From: Chiloscyllium plagiosum
Taxonomy: Eukaryota
Length of the DNA stretch: 51,464 bases
Direction: 5' to 3'
NCBI RefSeq assembly: GCF_004010195.1
Contig: NW_025214806.1
Location: 1-51,464, forward strand
Shown here: in pieces, positions 23,395-36,623 of the stretch
How positions within the stretch are numbered: the first letter of the stretch is position 1
Layout of the letters: each line of letters begins with the position of its first letter
Position numbers and translations under genes: made by a program
Notes under the pieces: model-generated
Database searches by the model: none
What the model saw: only the letters and a program-made list of their open reading frames with translations
Told to the model about the DNA's origin: nothing

Positions 23395-24035
23395 CCTGAG
23401 CCACTCTCCCCTACATCAAAGACATCTCAGAAATGACTGCCAGACTACTCAGACTTCTTGGCATCATGGTAGCCCACAAACCCACCAACAAACTAAAACA
23501 GTAGCTAATGAACTTGAAAGACCCTATACAGACAACAAGCAAAAGTAATGTAATTTACAAAGTACCTTGCAAGAACTGTATCAAGCACTGCATTGGAAAA
23601 ACCGGCAGAAAGCTAGCCACTAGGAATCATGAACATCAACTAGTCACAAAAAGACATGACCCACTCTCGCTAATATCCTTGCATACAGATAAGGAAGGAC
23701 ACCACTTTGACTGGGACAACACACCCATCCTAGGATAAGCCAAACAGACATGCACAAGAATTCCTAAAAGCATGACATTCTAACCAGCACTCTATCAACA
23801 AACACTTTGATCCGATTTACTGCCCCCTGAGAAAAAGAACAGGAAAAGACCTCACCAACCTAAGGAAACCTAAACATACAAATAGAAAGTGAGCCATGCC
23901 ACCAGTGCTTCATCTGGAGGCTCACTGATGTTACCTAATATGGTGACAAATATCTGAAAACAAACCTTCCAGCTCAGTGAACAAACCTACATCGAGAACC
24001 TCAACCTGAGCTACAAATCTTCTCAAAGCCCGCTA
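23395..24035 (+). mobile_element. Penelope-like element 3' part (GIY-YIG endonuclease plus pseudo-LTR with eroded hammerhead)
   Basis: LPYIKDISEMTARLL..NVIYKVPCKNCIKHCIGKTGRKLATRNHEH..HHFDWDN is the PLE GIY-YIG signature. The tail at 23880-24030 is homologous to 36580-36725. Confidence 0.88.
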
Positions 24036-24674
24036 ATTAAGAACTTCATCAGTACTGAGCGTTGAGCTATAAGTACTACTTTGGTTTTTGTCATGACATG
24101 AAATAATGAATAATATCCATCAACTGTGAAGATCAACATCAAAACTGGGTAATCACCAACAAATATAAATGTCAAATCAATTAATCATTCAATTTTTCTT
24201 TACTGTTTTAATCCTTTAACAATCTAGGTTGCATCTTCTCTGGATCAGATGATTTTGTTTTCTCTCATGAGAACTTCCAACCATCTTGTTTTATCTATTT
24301 CTATCGTATCCTTTACTGTGACATTTGCAACATCCTCTTCTAGAATGAAACTAATTTAAGGTACTCATTTAGAAACTCAGTCTCCATGTTTTTGGTCTTA
24401 AGTGGTGAAAAATTCCTTTTGACTAAGTTTTTCCTGTTTGCAAATTTCCAGAAGAGCTCCTTGGGTTTCCTATAATGATAGCAGCATATCTGGGCTCATG
24501 TAGTCTGTCTTGTGGGTTTTTTCTTTCAATTCCTCTATTTGTATTCAGGCTGGTTTTCTACGAAATAATGTGTGTAACGTTCATTACACTCTGACTCCTT
24601 TCTCTTTTGTGTCTTAATCTCTGTCTTTGTCATTTAGGGAGCTGAATAATGATTTTAACATTTATCTCTTTGAC

Positions 24675-25630
24675 TCATCAAGTCATATGGCACGGAAACA
24701 GATCCTTCAGTCCAAGCAATCCATGCCAAATATAAATTAGTTGCACCTGCCTGCTCCTGGCTCATATCCATCCAAACCAGTTGTATTCCATATACTTATC
24801 GAACTATCTTTTTAAACATTGTAACTATGCCTGCATCCACCCCTTCCTCAGGAAATTCATTCCACGTGCGAAACACCGTCTTTTAAGAAAGAAATTGCCC
24901 TTCATGTTTTTTTTCTTAAATCTCCTTCCTCTCATGTTAAAAATATACCTCCTAGTGTTGATATCCCTGCATCCTGGAAAAAGAAACCTACCATTTAATG
25001 CCAGAAGAGGCATCACCAATGTCCTGTACAATCTCAACATGTCCCAACTCCTATACTCTGTGGTCTGAGCAATGAAGGCAAGTGTGCTAAATGCTTTCTT
25101 AACCACCATGTCAACCTGTGACGCAAATTACAAAGAACTATGTACCTGAACCATGTGGTCTCTGTTCTTGTATAGTTAATGGTCGGGCCCTGGGTTGTGT
25201 TTCGAGTCCTGTCCTTTTGTTTGTATTACCTAAATATAATACCTCACATTTATCCAAATTAAACTCCATCAGCTACTCCTCAGCCCATTAACTCAATTGA
25301 TCAAGATATTTTTTTTCTAATCTTAGATAACCTTCTTCACTGTTCACTATCCCACCAATTGTGGTGTCATCTGTAAACTTACTAACAATAGTCTCATCCA
25401 AATCATTGATTTAAATGACAAACAAAAGTGGATCGAGTGCTAATCCTTGCGGAACACTGCTGGTCACAGGCCTCCTTTCTGAAAAGCAATCCACCCTCTG
25501 TCTCCTAGAATAAAGCCAATTTTGTAGCCAATTGGCAAGCTCACCATGAATGCGTGTGATTCTGTTTTACTGATTAGTCTACCTTGCAGAACCTTGTCAA
25601 ATGCTTTGGTAAAGTCCATCTAAACAACAT
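24675..25630 (-). mobile_element. CR1 LINE fragment (RT plus C-terminus, internally deleted)
   Basis: Minus ORF VVKKAFSTLAFIAQTTEYRSWDMLRLYRTLV; reverse-strand remnants of the FADDT, PQGS and DFTKAFDKV motifs at 25360-25620. Confidence 0.85.
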
Positions 25631-26060
25631 TGCTTTTTCTTTTGTGTCTTAATTTCTGTCTTTGTCATATAGAAAGTTGTATTCTCTTTCTTTCCCATTC
25701 ATAGGAGTGTGACTAGCGAACCTGTATCCAAATCATCTTCTGCAGAAGCCCTCTCATTGTTCGTTCAGTGTTTCACCTGTGAAACTTTGTTCCAGTACAC
25801 TAGGGGTCCCTTCTCACGTCATTGTAATTAGCTTGCTCCAGTTGAGTATTTTCAAATTTGCTATTTCCTGGTTCTTTTTCATAACAATCTAAACCTTAAT
25901 AACATTGTGATCATAATCACCAACTTTTTTTTTCTTTATTTCCCCATTGAAACACAGAGCTAGATCCAATACCTATTGCTTCCACCCCAACCAGAAAAGA
26001 ATATGAACAAGGGAGTTTTCTGATAAACATTCCAGGAATTTGTAACTTCTGTGCTTTATG

Positions 26061-26350
26061 ATTAGATTACTTAGTGTGGAAACAGGCCCTTCGGCCCAAC
26101 AAGTCCACACCAACCCTCCGAAGAGCAGCCCATCCAGACCCATTCTCCTACATTTACCCCTTCGCCTAAAACTACAGGCAATTTAGCATGGCCAATTCAC
26201 CTAACCTGCACATTTTTGGACTGTGGGAGGAAACCCATGCAGACACTGAGAGAACGTGCAAACTCCACACAGATAGTTGCCTGAGGCGGGAATTGAACCC
26301 GGGTCTCTGGCACTGTGAAGCAGCAGTGCTAACCACTGTGCCACCATGCT
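26061..26350 (-). mobile_element. V-SINE (HE1-like)
   Basis: Same family as 27997, reverse orientation. Confidence 0.9.
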
Positions 26351-27996
26351 GTTAATTTCTCAAGCAATTGAAAGCTCCATTATCACGAGTCTCCAAATTC
26401 TTCCACCTTGTTGTGATTTGTCTAAAACTTTCTACAACTTGGTGCTCGACGCATTCACACATCATAACAGGTTCTCTATTATTCTTTAATTCTAAACAAT
26501 CTATGTTAGATCACTTATCTATATCATCCCTTTCTGGTGCTGGAATAGTTTCTTTGATTAACTGGTCATCTACTTTCTATCCCTTTCCTCTTGTATTAAG
26601 AACTTATCCCTCCCCTTGTTTATGCCAGACTCACCTTAGGATCTTTACCTCTGCCAAATTAGTTTAAATCTTCTCTCTTGCCCTCTGGCCAGCACTAACC
26701 AGCCTATTAGAAAGGCTTTTGGATTTAGGTGGTGATGCTAAGACAATGCAAGATACAATTTTGGATCTCTTGACTACAAAATATTTTAACCTGCCTGCAT
26801 TTGGAGTATTGTACCACATTATGGGTTCCAAGTGTTGTGCACATTATCATAGCCCTGGTGAAGGTACAAAGGAGTAACCAAAATATGTTCTTGGCTATCC
26901 TTATTTGTCAGGATACACTCCAGATTTGTGGTTTTCTTTTAAGAAAAAGCAATCTTGAGAGAATCTTTTCATTTTCTCAACTGTAGACTAAGTTCAGTAG
27001 AATTGTTTTCTTTTTGTCTCATGGCTAGAGATGTATGACAAGGAATGAAAACTAAATCTTCAGGCAGATGATGATGATCTTAGATGCTAGAATTTCTTTT
27101 TGTCTTTCATTTCTGGAACAAACAAGGAAGCATTTACTGACTGTGGTTTTCACGCAGTCCTTCACGGTGAATATTGATGAGTTAATGAAAGAAGGATGGA
27201 AAACTATACTTATTATGAGAGACTTCTACTGAGGTGTTTTTAATGGACTGAGGCTAAAGAGAGATTTAGTGTATGATTTTTAAAATTATGAAGTTGTCTT
27301 ATGGTGAGTAGAAAAGACTTTCTTTTGGTTTAGGAGTTAAATGGCATTAGGTAGTTAATTTAAAAGTCTTTATTTAAAGCAATGTAAAAGAATAGGATAA
27401 ATAAATTGGAATAACTTTAGAATACTACAGAGAATCGTTGAGTCAGAGACCAATATTATCTCTCCAAGAGAAAAGTAAACAAATATTTGAAGCGAAAGAA
27501 AATACAAGGGAGCTAAAATGCAGCCATTGCAAGGAGAGGATCTGTAAGATCAGATGAGTTCTTTTATTCTGGCTTCCTTGTAGACCAGGGAACTATGGGC
27601 TCAACAAGGAAACAATGGACCTCTCTTGTCATTGGATTTCTTTTTGGAATTGAGGACTATTCAGTGGGTACCTGAGAACTGAACTTCATCCATCATAATC
27701 CCATATAATAGCCAGGCATTCACCAAATGTTTGGTGAGTGAGTGGCATGTTAATGAGACCCAGTCATTAATATCATTCAAGTCGAGCTTGATGTGGTTCC
27801 CCAGTACGCCAGTGGCATTCTTTGTTTTTACACCCAAGCAGGAACACCAAGTCAAGTTGATCAAATAAACTGAATAAATTTGAATCCATCTAAGTTTTGG
27901 AGCAATTCATGAATACTGTCAAAATCGATTGTAAAGAATTCTTTAAGTATGTAAACATGAAACGTGGGTGGCTAGAGTGAATGTGGGTCCATTTGT

Positions 27997-28317
27997 GGGT
28001 GGCACGGTGGCACAGTGGTTAGCACTGCTGCCTCACGGCGCCAGAGACCCGGGTTCAATTCCCTCAGGCGACTGACTGTGTGGAGTTTGCACGTTCTCCC
28101 CATGTCTGCGTGGGTTTCCTTGAGGTGCTCTGGTTTCCTCCCACAGTCCAAAGATGTGCAGGTCAGGTGAATTGGCCATGCTAAATTGCCCGTAGTGTTA
28201 GGTAAGAGGTAAATGTAGGGGTATGGGTGGGTTACGCTTCGGCGGGTTGGTGTGGATTTGTTGGGCCGAAGGGCCTGTTTCCACACTGTAATGTAATGTA
28301 ATGTAATCTAATCTAAT
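27997..28317 (+). mobile_element. V-SINE (HE1-like), full length, with Pol III A/B boxes
   Basis: A box TGGCACAGTGG (28008) and B box GGTTCAATTCC (28052). The 3' end gggccgaagggcctgtttccacactgta resembles the local CR1 tails; terminal (TGTAA)n(TCTAA)n repeats. Confidence 0.92.
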
Positions 28318-28319
28318 TA

Positions 28320-29915
28320 TAGGTAGAGCCAGAAGATTGTGTGGGCATAAAGAAATGGCAGTAAAGCAAAATGGTTGTTTTCTGTTGTGACGGAGGAAAA
28401 TGCCAGTAATCTCCCAAACTAGATGCCCATGTGGATGGTGAAAATGAGCACTTGAAGGATATTAATGTTAGTTTTAAAAAAAATTCTACTGGAGAAATTA
28501 ACGGACTGAAACTTGATAAATCCCCAGGATCTGATAGTCTTCATCCCCAGAGTGTTGAAGGAGATGGCTATAGAGATAGTCATTGGTGATTTTCTTCCAA
28601 AGTTCTATAAATTGATTTCTGCAGATTGGAAGATGGCAAATGACTTCCTACTGTTTAAGAAAAAGCAGGAGAGAAAACGGCATTACAAAACTGTTACCCT
28701 TCCATCAGCAGAAGGGAAAATACTCAAACCTATCATAAAGGATGGAATAAGTAGACATTTATGTAATTCTGTGATAAGGCATTGTCAGCATAGATTTGTG
28801 TATAGGAACTTGGAACTTTTTGTCGATCATAGCTACGTACAACACGAAAACAGACCCTTCAGTCCAACTCGTCCATGCCGATCAGATATCCCAACCCAAT
28901 CTAGTCCCACCTGCCAGCAACTATTTCTCCAAACCCTTCCTATCCAGATGCCTTTTAAATGTTGCAGTTGTACTAGCCTCCACCACTTCCTCTGGCAGCT
29001 CATTCCATACGTGTATCACCCTCTGCGTGAAAAAGTTGCCCCTTGAGTCTCTTTTATATTTTTCTTTCTCCTCTCACTGTAAATCTATGATCTCTATCTT
29101 CAGAAGCATTCAAACATCTTTAATGTATTGACAGAAACGTGGCATGATGTGGAAAAATGTGAGAAGTTACCTGCTTAAGCAGGAGATGAAGGTATGTAGT
29201 GTAGTTCTTCAATAGCAAGAGGTTGGCAAGTGTAGATGTACAAGGGGATGATGGTATCCTTGTCAATAATTCCCTGAATGCTGAAATGATGATCCAGCAA
29301 GGTAGTAAGAAGGTTATTGGAATGTTGGCCATTGTTGCAAGGGGATTTGAGTACTGGAGTCATGAAATCGTTTTTCAAGTGAATGGGAGCTTGGTTAGAC
29401 CATATCTGGAGCATTGTCTGCAGTTTTGGTCTCCATATCTCGGGGGAAAAAAAAATTACTATCATTGAGGGGATACAACAAAGATAGACAGTCAGTTGTT
29501 CCTGAGATGATGAAGAGAGATTGAGGTAACTGGGCCTGTAGTTTCTGGAGTTTTGAAGGAAAGATGATCTCATTGAAACCTACAAATCCTGAAAAGGAAT
29601 AGGTAGGGTAGATGGAGATAAAATGTTTCCCCTGGTTGGAGAGTCTAGAGCCGGGGGAATAATTTATTCATAAGGTGGTGCCATCCCTAATTAAGAGATA
29701 AAAATTTGTTTTTACTCCTGAGGGTTGTAAACATTCAGAATTCTGTACTACGGAGGGTTGTGGAAGCTCATTCTTTGAGTTGTTTAAGAATGATAGATTT
29801 TGAATTACCAATGACATGCAAGGTTATGGGAATGATGTAGACAAAATGTTCGATTAGCTATGTTTGCATTGAATGGGTGAACAGGCTGAGTGGCCCACAG
29901 TTGTTCCCATATGTT
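28320..29915 (+). mobile_element. Old CR1 ORF2 (RT region to 3' UTR), interrupted by a nested opposite-strand CR1 tail
   Basis: PRVLKEMAIEI..ADWKMAN; later KVIGMLAIVARGFEYWSHE..LVRPYLEHCLQFWSPYL. Confidence 0.85.
28825..29065 (-). mobile_element. CR1 3' end nested in an older CR1
   Basis: cagacccttcagtccaactcgtccatgccg..cctccaccacttcctctggcagctcattccatac is the reverse complement of the CR1 tail at 47040-47280. Confidence 0.85.
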
Positions 29916-32265
29916 TCCAGGAACTTCACTTTTGCCAGTCCCTTGATCCTTCTAACTTCCAACCTTGCATTCATTACCACTGACACTCTGATGTAAACAG
30001 AAGCTTTGTGAATTTTCTTTTTAATAGGGCTGTTTTGTCACGTAGTCATAATATCCCTACCCCTGGACCAGGAGGCCCAGAGGTGTGTAAGATCATCTCT
30101 GGCCAAGTTAATGAGAAAAATTGGTTAAACAAAAAGAACAGATTTCTAACTAAGCAGTTGGCTAATTTATTCTGCATTACATAGTGTTACATTTCTGGAT
30201 TGATAAAACAACAATTTTAATGAGCTATATTTAATGTGGATTTTAATATGGGGGCGGTGGTGGAATAATGTTGCAGGTGTTTGAATATGCAAATTGACCA
30301 TTTCACCTCTAATAACAAAGCACCATTGGAGAGTTTAATTTTCACTTTCGTGCTGAATGAATCCACAACTTCCAGATACAGAGGTCAGTGATTTGCACTG
30401 TCCAAGCTGAAACATTTGAATTCAGGTGAAATCACTGTCTCTAGATTTGGCTCAGTTCAGATTTTCAAGGATATGACTTGTTTCAAATGTGGAATTTTTA
30501 TTTATTGTGTAATTTACAATTACTATTTCATTTGCTATTTTTATATAGCTTTAAAAGCCCTCCAGTTTGGAGAATGTATTGAAACCTCAGCACAAATTGC
30601 AGCAAGAACATACAATCTGAATGAGATTGCTCAACAATGCTTTTTATAAAGCAATCAGAGCTGTTGGACAGAAATGAAGTTAGCTCAGAAATATGACTAT
30701 AATGTTGAGAGATCCAAAGTACAAATTTATGTTCTGAAACTATTGTTCTACCCAAAGGTTAATGCAACATAAGGGAACAATTCAATATGTTCTGATATTA
30801 CTTTCAAAAATTTACTCAGAACTGAAAGATCATCAGTGTATGAAATATCTGAGCATGCATTAATGTTGAACTGGATTGTTTTTAATAAAAAAAAATGGTA
30901 CAAGGTATGATACATCAATGTTTTAGGGCAAGCAGAACATTAATCCATCTAGTTATCACTCTGAAACTCTTATTTTTTTGTCACAACATGATATTTTTTT
31001 TAAACATACCATATGTTTTCATTCCAATGTGCTACTACCACCCTACCAAATCAAAAATACTTAGATTTGCTCTTGATCTTTCACATGTCTCATTTTGAAT
31101 ACTAGTTTTATTTTACAAGCTTACGATTGTAGGAAGAACATTCTTAAATACAGATTCTCCTAACCTGTAAAAGTCTTTGCTATACCATATGCCATATCAT
31201 CCTTTCCCTGTAGAGAGTCAAATCTGAGGATGACTTAATATTCTACAATTTCCCTGTTTTCATATCCCACCTTTTTATATAAATATGCTGTTGAGACTAC
31301 ATATTTTAACTGCAGCCTTGGTGAAATTCTACAGATTTGATTTGGATATCTGCCTCCAGACTTCCTCAGCATCTTGAACTGTCAGTCATGCCTCAAACAC
31401 ACCCAAATGCGACTTTATTCTTCAATATATAAAAACAGTGCAGCTGTTATGTATTCCAGCAGTTTATGATTAGATTGTAATAATATCAATAGTAGAAGTT
31501 GACTGAATGAGCTTGATCGTAAGCAAGCAGTTACAGTTCAGAAATCACTGAAGGAATTTTTCCTTTTGCTATTTGGACTGTCTTTGTCAAGAATATGTAA
31601 AGTTTTTGAGAAATAATTCACAACCGATCTTTCAGTTATCTTTTATCATAATGTAAGAAAAGGAACAAAGTCTCAAGATAAAGTCTATTCTCAAAAAGAC
31701 TGCAGAAACTTGTTAACTTTTGTTTTATAAAAATCAAAACAAAAAGATGGAACATTTACTCCAAAGGGTACAACTTTTACACTCTCTAAACAAAATGGTT
31801 AATCACTCTTGGCGTTTTAAGGAACACCAGATTTAAACCTATTTTACTTGGTAGTACAGGTTGAAAGATTGTTAGAACTTGCTGATGGCTCTGAGGAAGG
31901 GACTGTGAACATTGAACAAGTTTGGAATCCAAAGTATTTGAGATGACTACCATTTGTAACATAAAGAAAGGTATTTCTACCCTGAAAATTTTGCTTTACG
32001 ATCTTTTTAACAAACTTGAAGCAAAGATAAGGGTGTTTGTAGTGAATGATGTGTAAACTTAATCACACCAATGGGTTTATGTAAGGTTCAGAAATGCAAT
32101 GAACACTGGCATGTAACAAACTATTTTGGGCACAATATCTGCAACAATTAAACAATTTGCTAGGTTGACCTAATCCGTATTGTGCTAAACCACATTGGCA
32201 TTGCAGCAATTCATTTCAGAGCAGATCTCCTAGTGGTACTTATTTTCCTTAATGCCATGAGAACG

Positions 32266-33555
32266 AGGCCTTGTCTATTTATCCTATCCATGCCCCTTAT
32301 AAACCTCTATAAGGTCACCCCTCAGCCTCTGACGCCCCAGGGAAAACAGCCTTAGCCTATTCAGCCTCTCCCCACAGCTCAAATCCTTAAACCCTGGCAA
32401 CATCCTTGTAAATTTTTTCTGAACCCTTTCAAGTTTCAAAACATCTTTCCAATAGGAAGGAGACCAGAATTGTATGCAATATTCCAAAAGTAGCCATAGC
32501 ATTGTCCTGTACAGCCGCAACATGACCTCCCAGCTCCTATACTCAATACTCTGACCAATAAAGGAAAGCATACCTAATGTCCTGTCTACATGTGACTCCA
32601 CTTTCAAGAAGTTATGAACCTGCACTCCAAGGTCTCTTCGTTCAGCAACGCTCACACCAGGGCCTTACCATGAAGTGGGTAAGTCCTGCTCTGATTTTGC
32701 TTTTCCAAAATGTGAAGGTACCTAGAATTTTCTAAATTAAACTTATCTGCCACTCCTCAGCCGATTTTGGCCCATCTGATCAAGATTCCATTGTACTCTT
32801 CAATAAACACCTTCTCTGTCCACTACATCCAATTTTGGTGTAGTCTGCAAACTTACCAACTATACCTCCTGCGTTCGCATCCAAATCACTTATATAAATG
32901 GTGAAAAGTAGTGGACCTAGCACCAATCCTTGTGGCACTCCACTGGTCACAGGCCTCCAGTCTGAAAAACAACCCTTCACCCCCACCCTCTGTCTTCTAC
33001 CTTCGGGCCAGTTCTTTATCCAAATGGATAGATCTCCCTGGATTCCGTGAGATCTAACCTTGCTCACTAGTCTCCCATGAGGAACCTTGTCAAACGTCTT
33101 ATTGAAGTCCATATAGATCACATCAATGCTCTGCCCTCCCCAATCCTCTGTTACTACTTCAAAAGACTCTATCAAGTGTGTGAGACGTGATTTCCCATGC
33201 ACAAAGCCATGTTGACTATCCTTAATTATTCCTTGCCTTTCCAAATACATGGAATCCTGTCCCTCACGATTCCTTCCCACACCTTACCCACCAGCAATGT
33301 CAAGCTCACTGGTCTATACTTCCCTGGCTTGTCCTTGCCACCTTTCTTAAATTGTGGCACCATGTTAACCAACCTCCAGTCTTCCAGCACCCCACCTGTG
33401 ACTATCAATAATACAAATATCTTAGCAAGGGGCCCAGCAATCACTTCCTTTGCTTAATTATACCCCTACTGCCTTCTACTCCGAGGATTCATTTGATCTC
33501 TGCTGTCCGTACTTGACATATGCTTCCTTCTTTTTCTTAACGTAAATCTTAATTT
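32266..33555 (-). mobile_element. CR1 LINE ORF2 (reverse transcriptase) fragment
   Basis: Minus ORFs contain YRPVSLT, QHGFVHGKS, YMDFNKTFDKVPH, SGVPQGLVLGPLLFTIYISDL, KFADYTKI and LRGDLIEVYK. Confidence 0.95.
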
Positions 33556-33584
33556 CTGTTTTTGGGTAGCGTTGTGGAAGTTTG

Positions 33585-33835
33585 CATCACCTGTAGACTG
33601 GGTGATTTTTAAAAAAAGACGTTTAGCATGCTTGTGTTCATTGCTCAGACCTTTTGAGTAAAGGAGTCAGAATGACATGATAAGGTTGCAAAGGATAATT
33701 GTGAGGCCTCTTCTGATGTACTGTATCTAATTTAGGTTGCCCTGTTTTGTAGGAAGGATATAATTAAGCTGGGATGGATGAAGAAAAGATATACCAGGTT
33801 GTTGCTGGGTATGGATGGTTTGATTTATAAAGGTT
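33585..33835 (+). mobile_element. Decayed CR1 ORF2 C-terminal fragment
   Basis: gtagactgggtg..gcatgcttgtgttcattgctcagacc..gtgaggcctcttctg.. parallels the CR1 segment at 46580-46820. Confidence 0.65.
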
Positions 33836-34169
33836 GAGAGCAACACTGAATGATAGACAGCAAAGATACTGAAAGCTCTTCTCTCCACTCAATTTTAGAA
33901 ACCAGCATCAGTGAAAAAGCAACTTGGAATAACTTTTAATTTCTTGAACAGTGGTTATTTCTAAATTTCACCACTCTTGAGGAATGGAGATGCCAGCGAA
34001 ATAGTTTGGATTTGGATTTCACTCTCAACTCTAAGATTTTTCTTAAAAAATGTAAACAGCACCTGCCTTTACCTTCCTGTCAGTACAGACACCATCTTTT
34101 TGAAACTTTTTACTGCCTCTGTTTGTGTATGTGTTTGACGTCATTTTGGATGTAGCTTCAACATTCAAG

Positions 34170-34540
34170 AAACCCCAATGCTATCAGGGACAAAACAACT
34201 CATTGACTGGCCCCCTATCTAATGCCATCAACATTTGGACCCTCCACCACTGACGTGCAATGCAGCAGTATATTTTATGTACAAGTAGCACTGAAATAAC
34301 ACACCAAGATTCCTTCAAGAACACCTTTCAAATTACTGTTATTTGGAAAGACAAGGGCAGCAGACACAAGTGAAAACAACGACCTGCAAGTCTGTCTCCA
34401 AGCTGCACACCATGCTACCTTGAAACTGTTTCTTCAGTCGTTGAGTCAAAATTCTGGAACTCTCTGCCAAACAGGTTCTGGTAAATCTGCACCAGTGGTT
34501 CAAGAAACAACTCATCATCACTTACTCAAGGGCAATCAGT
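34170..34540 (+). mobile_element. 3' end of an L2/CR1-superfamily LINE (different family)
   Basis: ctggaactctctgccaaac (WNSLPN) and ttcaagaaacaactcatcatcacttactcaagggcaat (FKK..HHHLLKGN) resemble a LINE ORF2 terminus. Confidence 0.55.
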
Positions 34541-35277
34541 TCCTCACTTTTTATTCCATTCATCTGTCTTGATAATTTTTTAATATTCCAAGACCTCAAA
34601 AGGTAATCTCCAGATTACACTCAGCACGTGGTACAGAGTATAGGAATAAGCAGATAGAACTGAATGGTGGTGGAGAAGGGAGGGCCTTAGATTCCAGGAA
34701 AGACAGAATATGGGCAAATCTGTCAAGTTGAACCTGAGTCAAAGCTGGACAAGCATCCATGCAGGGAGTTTGCTGGGGTTGTTTTTGGGTGTTTAGTTAA
34801 TTTTTCAGGAGGAAAGGATACAGAGTGCAGTTGCAGTGGGGATGTTGCAAGTCAAACGTAGAAGAAAAAGGATCAAGTCAGTGTGAAAGATAGAGCACTT
34901 ACCAAGTTATACCATAAGAAAGCATGACAGGGTTGGATGATATTTATGTTAATGCACATAGGCTTGCAAATAAGGCAGACAGGTTGAGCATGCTGGTTAA
35001 CACACGTGGATATGATTTTGTTACTGTCACGGAGACGTGCTTGACGGAGGGGCAGAACAGCAACTCAATATTCCAAGGTTTCAGCAAGACCAGTGTGGGA
35101 TGTGTAAAAAGGTAAGCAGTGTGGTAGTATTAATCAAGAAGTAAATTACTGCAAGAAGAGATGATGTCATTAAGATTTTCCCAATTGAGGCCAAACAGGT
35201 AGAGCTTAAAATGCAGCAATGGATTATAACTTTGGGAGCGTACTATAAACTCCCAAACAGTGAGAGATAGAAAGGGA

Positions 35278-35703
35278 GATGTGGCAGCACCAGCACCAAC
35301 AGCTTCTCTGATGGCAGTGTTGGTTTACAAAGTTTACACTCTTGCATTTGTTCAGAAAGATTGTGGACTCTGATATTTCAATTGATTCCAAGATGACAAT
35401 GTCAGCAAGGTGTGACCAGTGATGGGTAATGGTGCCAGAGTGTGGTGGCTTCGACATTGGCAGGTCCAGTTTAGACTTGAGGCATGGCATTGGTGGCTGC
35501 AGTGGTGTTGGCACCGTGGCGTTGGTGTCCAGCACAGGTGGTGTTGTTGTGCCTGGCTCAAGACTTATAATGGTGGGGGTGACCTGGACAATTTTTTTTG
35601 TTTCTTTTAATTTTGGCTTGTTTTTAATTTTAATTAATGCATTTTAAGATAGTGGTGACACTGTACTTCTCTATTTGGGTACATGTGACAATAAATAAAA
35701 TCT
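35278..35703 (+). mobile_element. GC-rich non-autonomous insertion with LINE-like 3' tail
   Basis: Interrupts the CR1. Ends ..cactgtacttctctatttgggtacatgtgacaataaataaa, a tail that recalls Rex1/Babar LINE 3' ends (from memory, unverified). Confidence 0.35.
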
Positions 35704-36296
35704 GAAAATGTCTCAAATGTAAAAATAATTGGATAGGAATACTTAGGGCTTTTAACTGGAATAGACAAAGCATGAAAGGGAGAGGGTGCAGAATTCTCAA
35801 ACTTTATCTAAGAAAGGTTTAGGGTGTCGGTTTGCTCGCTGAGCTGTAGGTTTCACATCCAGACGTTTCATCATCAACGACACCCTCACAGGCATTTTGT
35901 TCACCAAGGAGGAAGAAACCGACAACAAACCTGCATTCCTGGACATCACAGTCGAAAGAAAGGACAACGGAGAACTACAAACCTGCGTATACAGAAAACC
36001 CCCGACAAACACTGACCAAATACTTAACTACACCAGCAACCATCCCAACACACACAAACGAAGCTGTATCAGAACACTATTCCAACGAGCCACCACACAC
36101 TGCAGTACGGACGAACTACGCAAAACAGAGGAGAACCACCTATACAACGTATTCAAGAAGAACGCATACTCAAAAAATACAGTCTGCAGATTCCTCAAGA
36201 ACAAACCACGACAAGCAGACCAAACACAGAAACCCTCACCACCTTACCATGCATCAAAGAAGTTTCAGAAATGACAGCCAGACTACTAAGACCCCT

Positions 36297-36452
36297 NNNN
36301 NNNNNNNNNNNNNNNNNNNNNNNNNNNNNNNNNNNNNNNNNNNNNNNNNNNNNNNNNNNNNNNNNNNNNNNNNNNNNNNNNNNNNNNNNNNNNNNNNNNN
36401 NNNNNNNNNNNNNNNNNNNNNNNNNNNNNNNNNNNNNNNNNNNNNNNNNNNN
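36297..36452. other. Assembly gap (156 N) inside the Penelope-like element
   Basis: N run at the position expected for the GIY-YIG domain. Confidence 0.99.
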
Positions 36453-36623
36453 CCTGGCACTCCAACCACAACGCCATAAACAAACACATAGATCTAGATG
36501 CCATCTATCAACCCCTCAGAAAACGAACAGGAAATGACATCACCACAAACCCCAGGAACCCCATCCAGGAGAAAGATATAAATAGAAAGCAGGAGACAAC
36601 AGCTTTGCTTCACTTGGAGGTCG

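Larger units (their letters stand above)
30549..34155 (+). pseudogene. Possible decayed large coding exon of unidentified family, interrupted by CR1 insertions (32266-33835)
   Basis: Plausible acceptor ..tttttatatag at 30548. Non-repeat sequence with stop-poor + frames: 30551-30910 (119 codons, 2 internal stops) and 33856-34155 (99 codons, 1 internal stop). No family recognised. Confidence 0.3.

Noticed and set aside
27997..28070. tRNA gene
   Set aside because: The A/B boxes belong to the tRNA-derived head of a SINE found in five near-complete copies in the window, and the sequence continues into SINE body.
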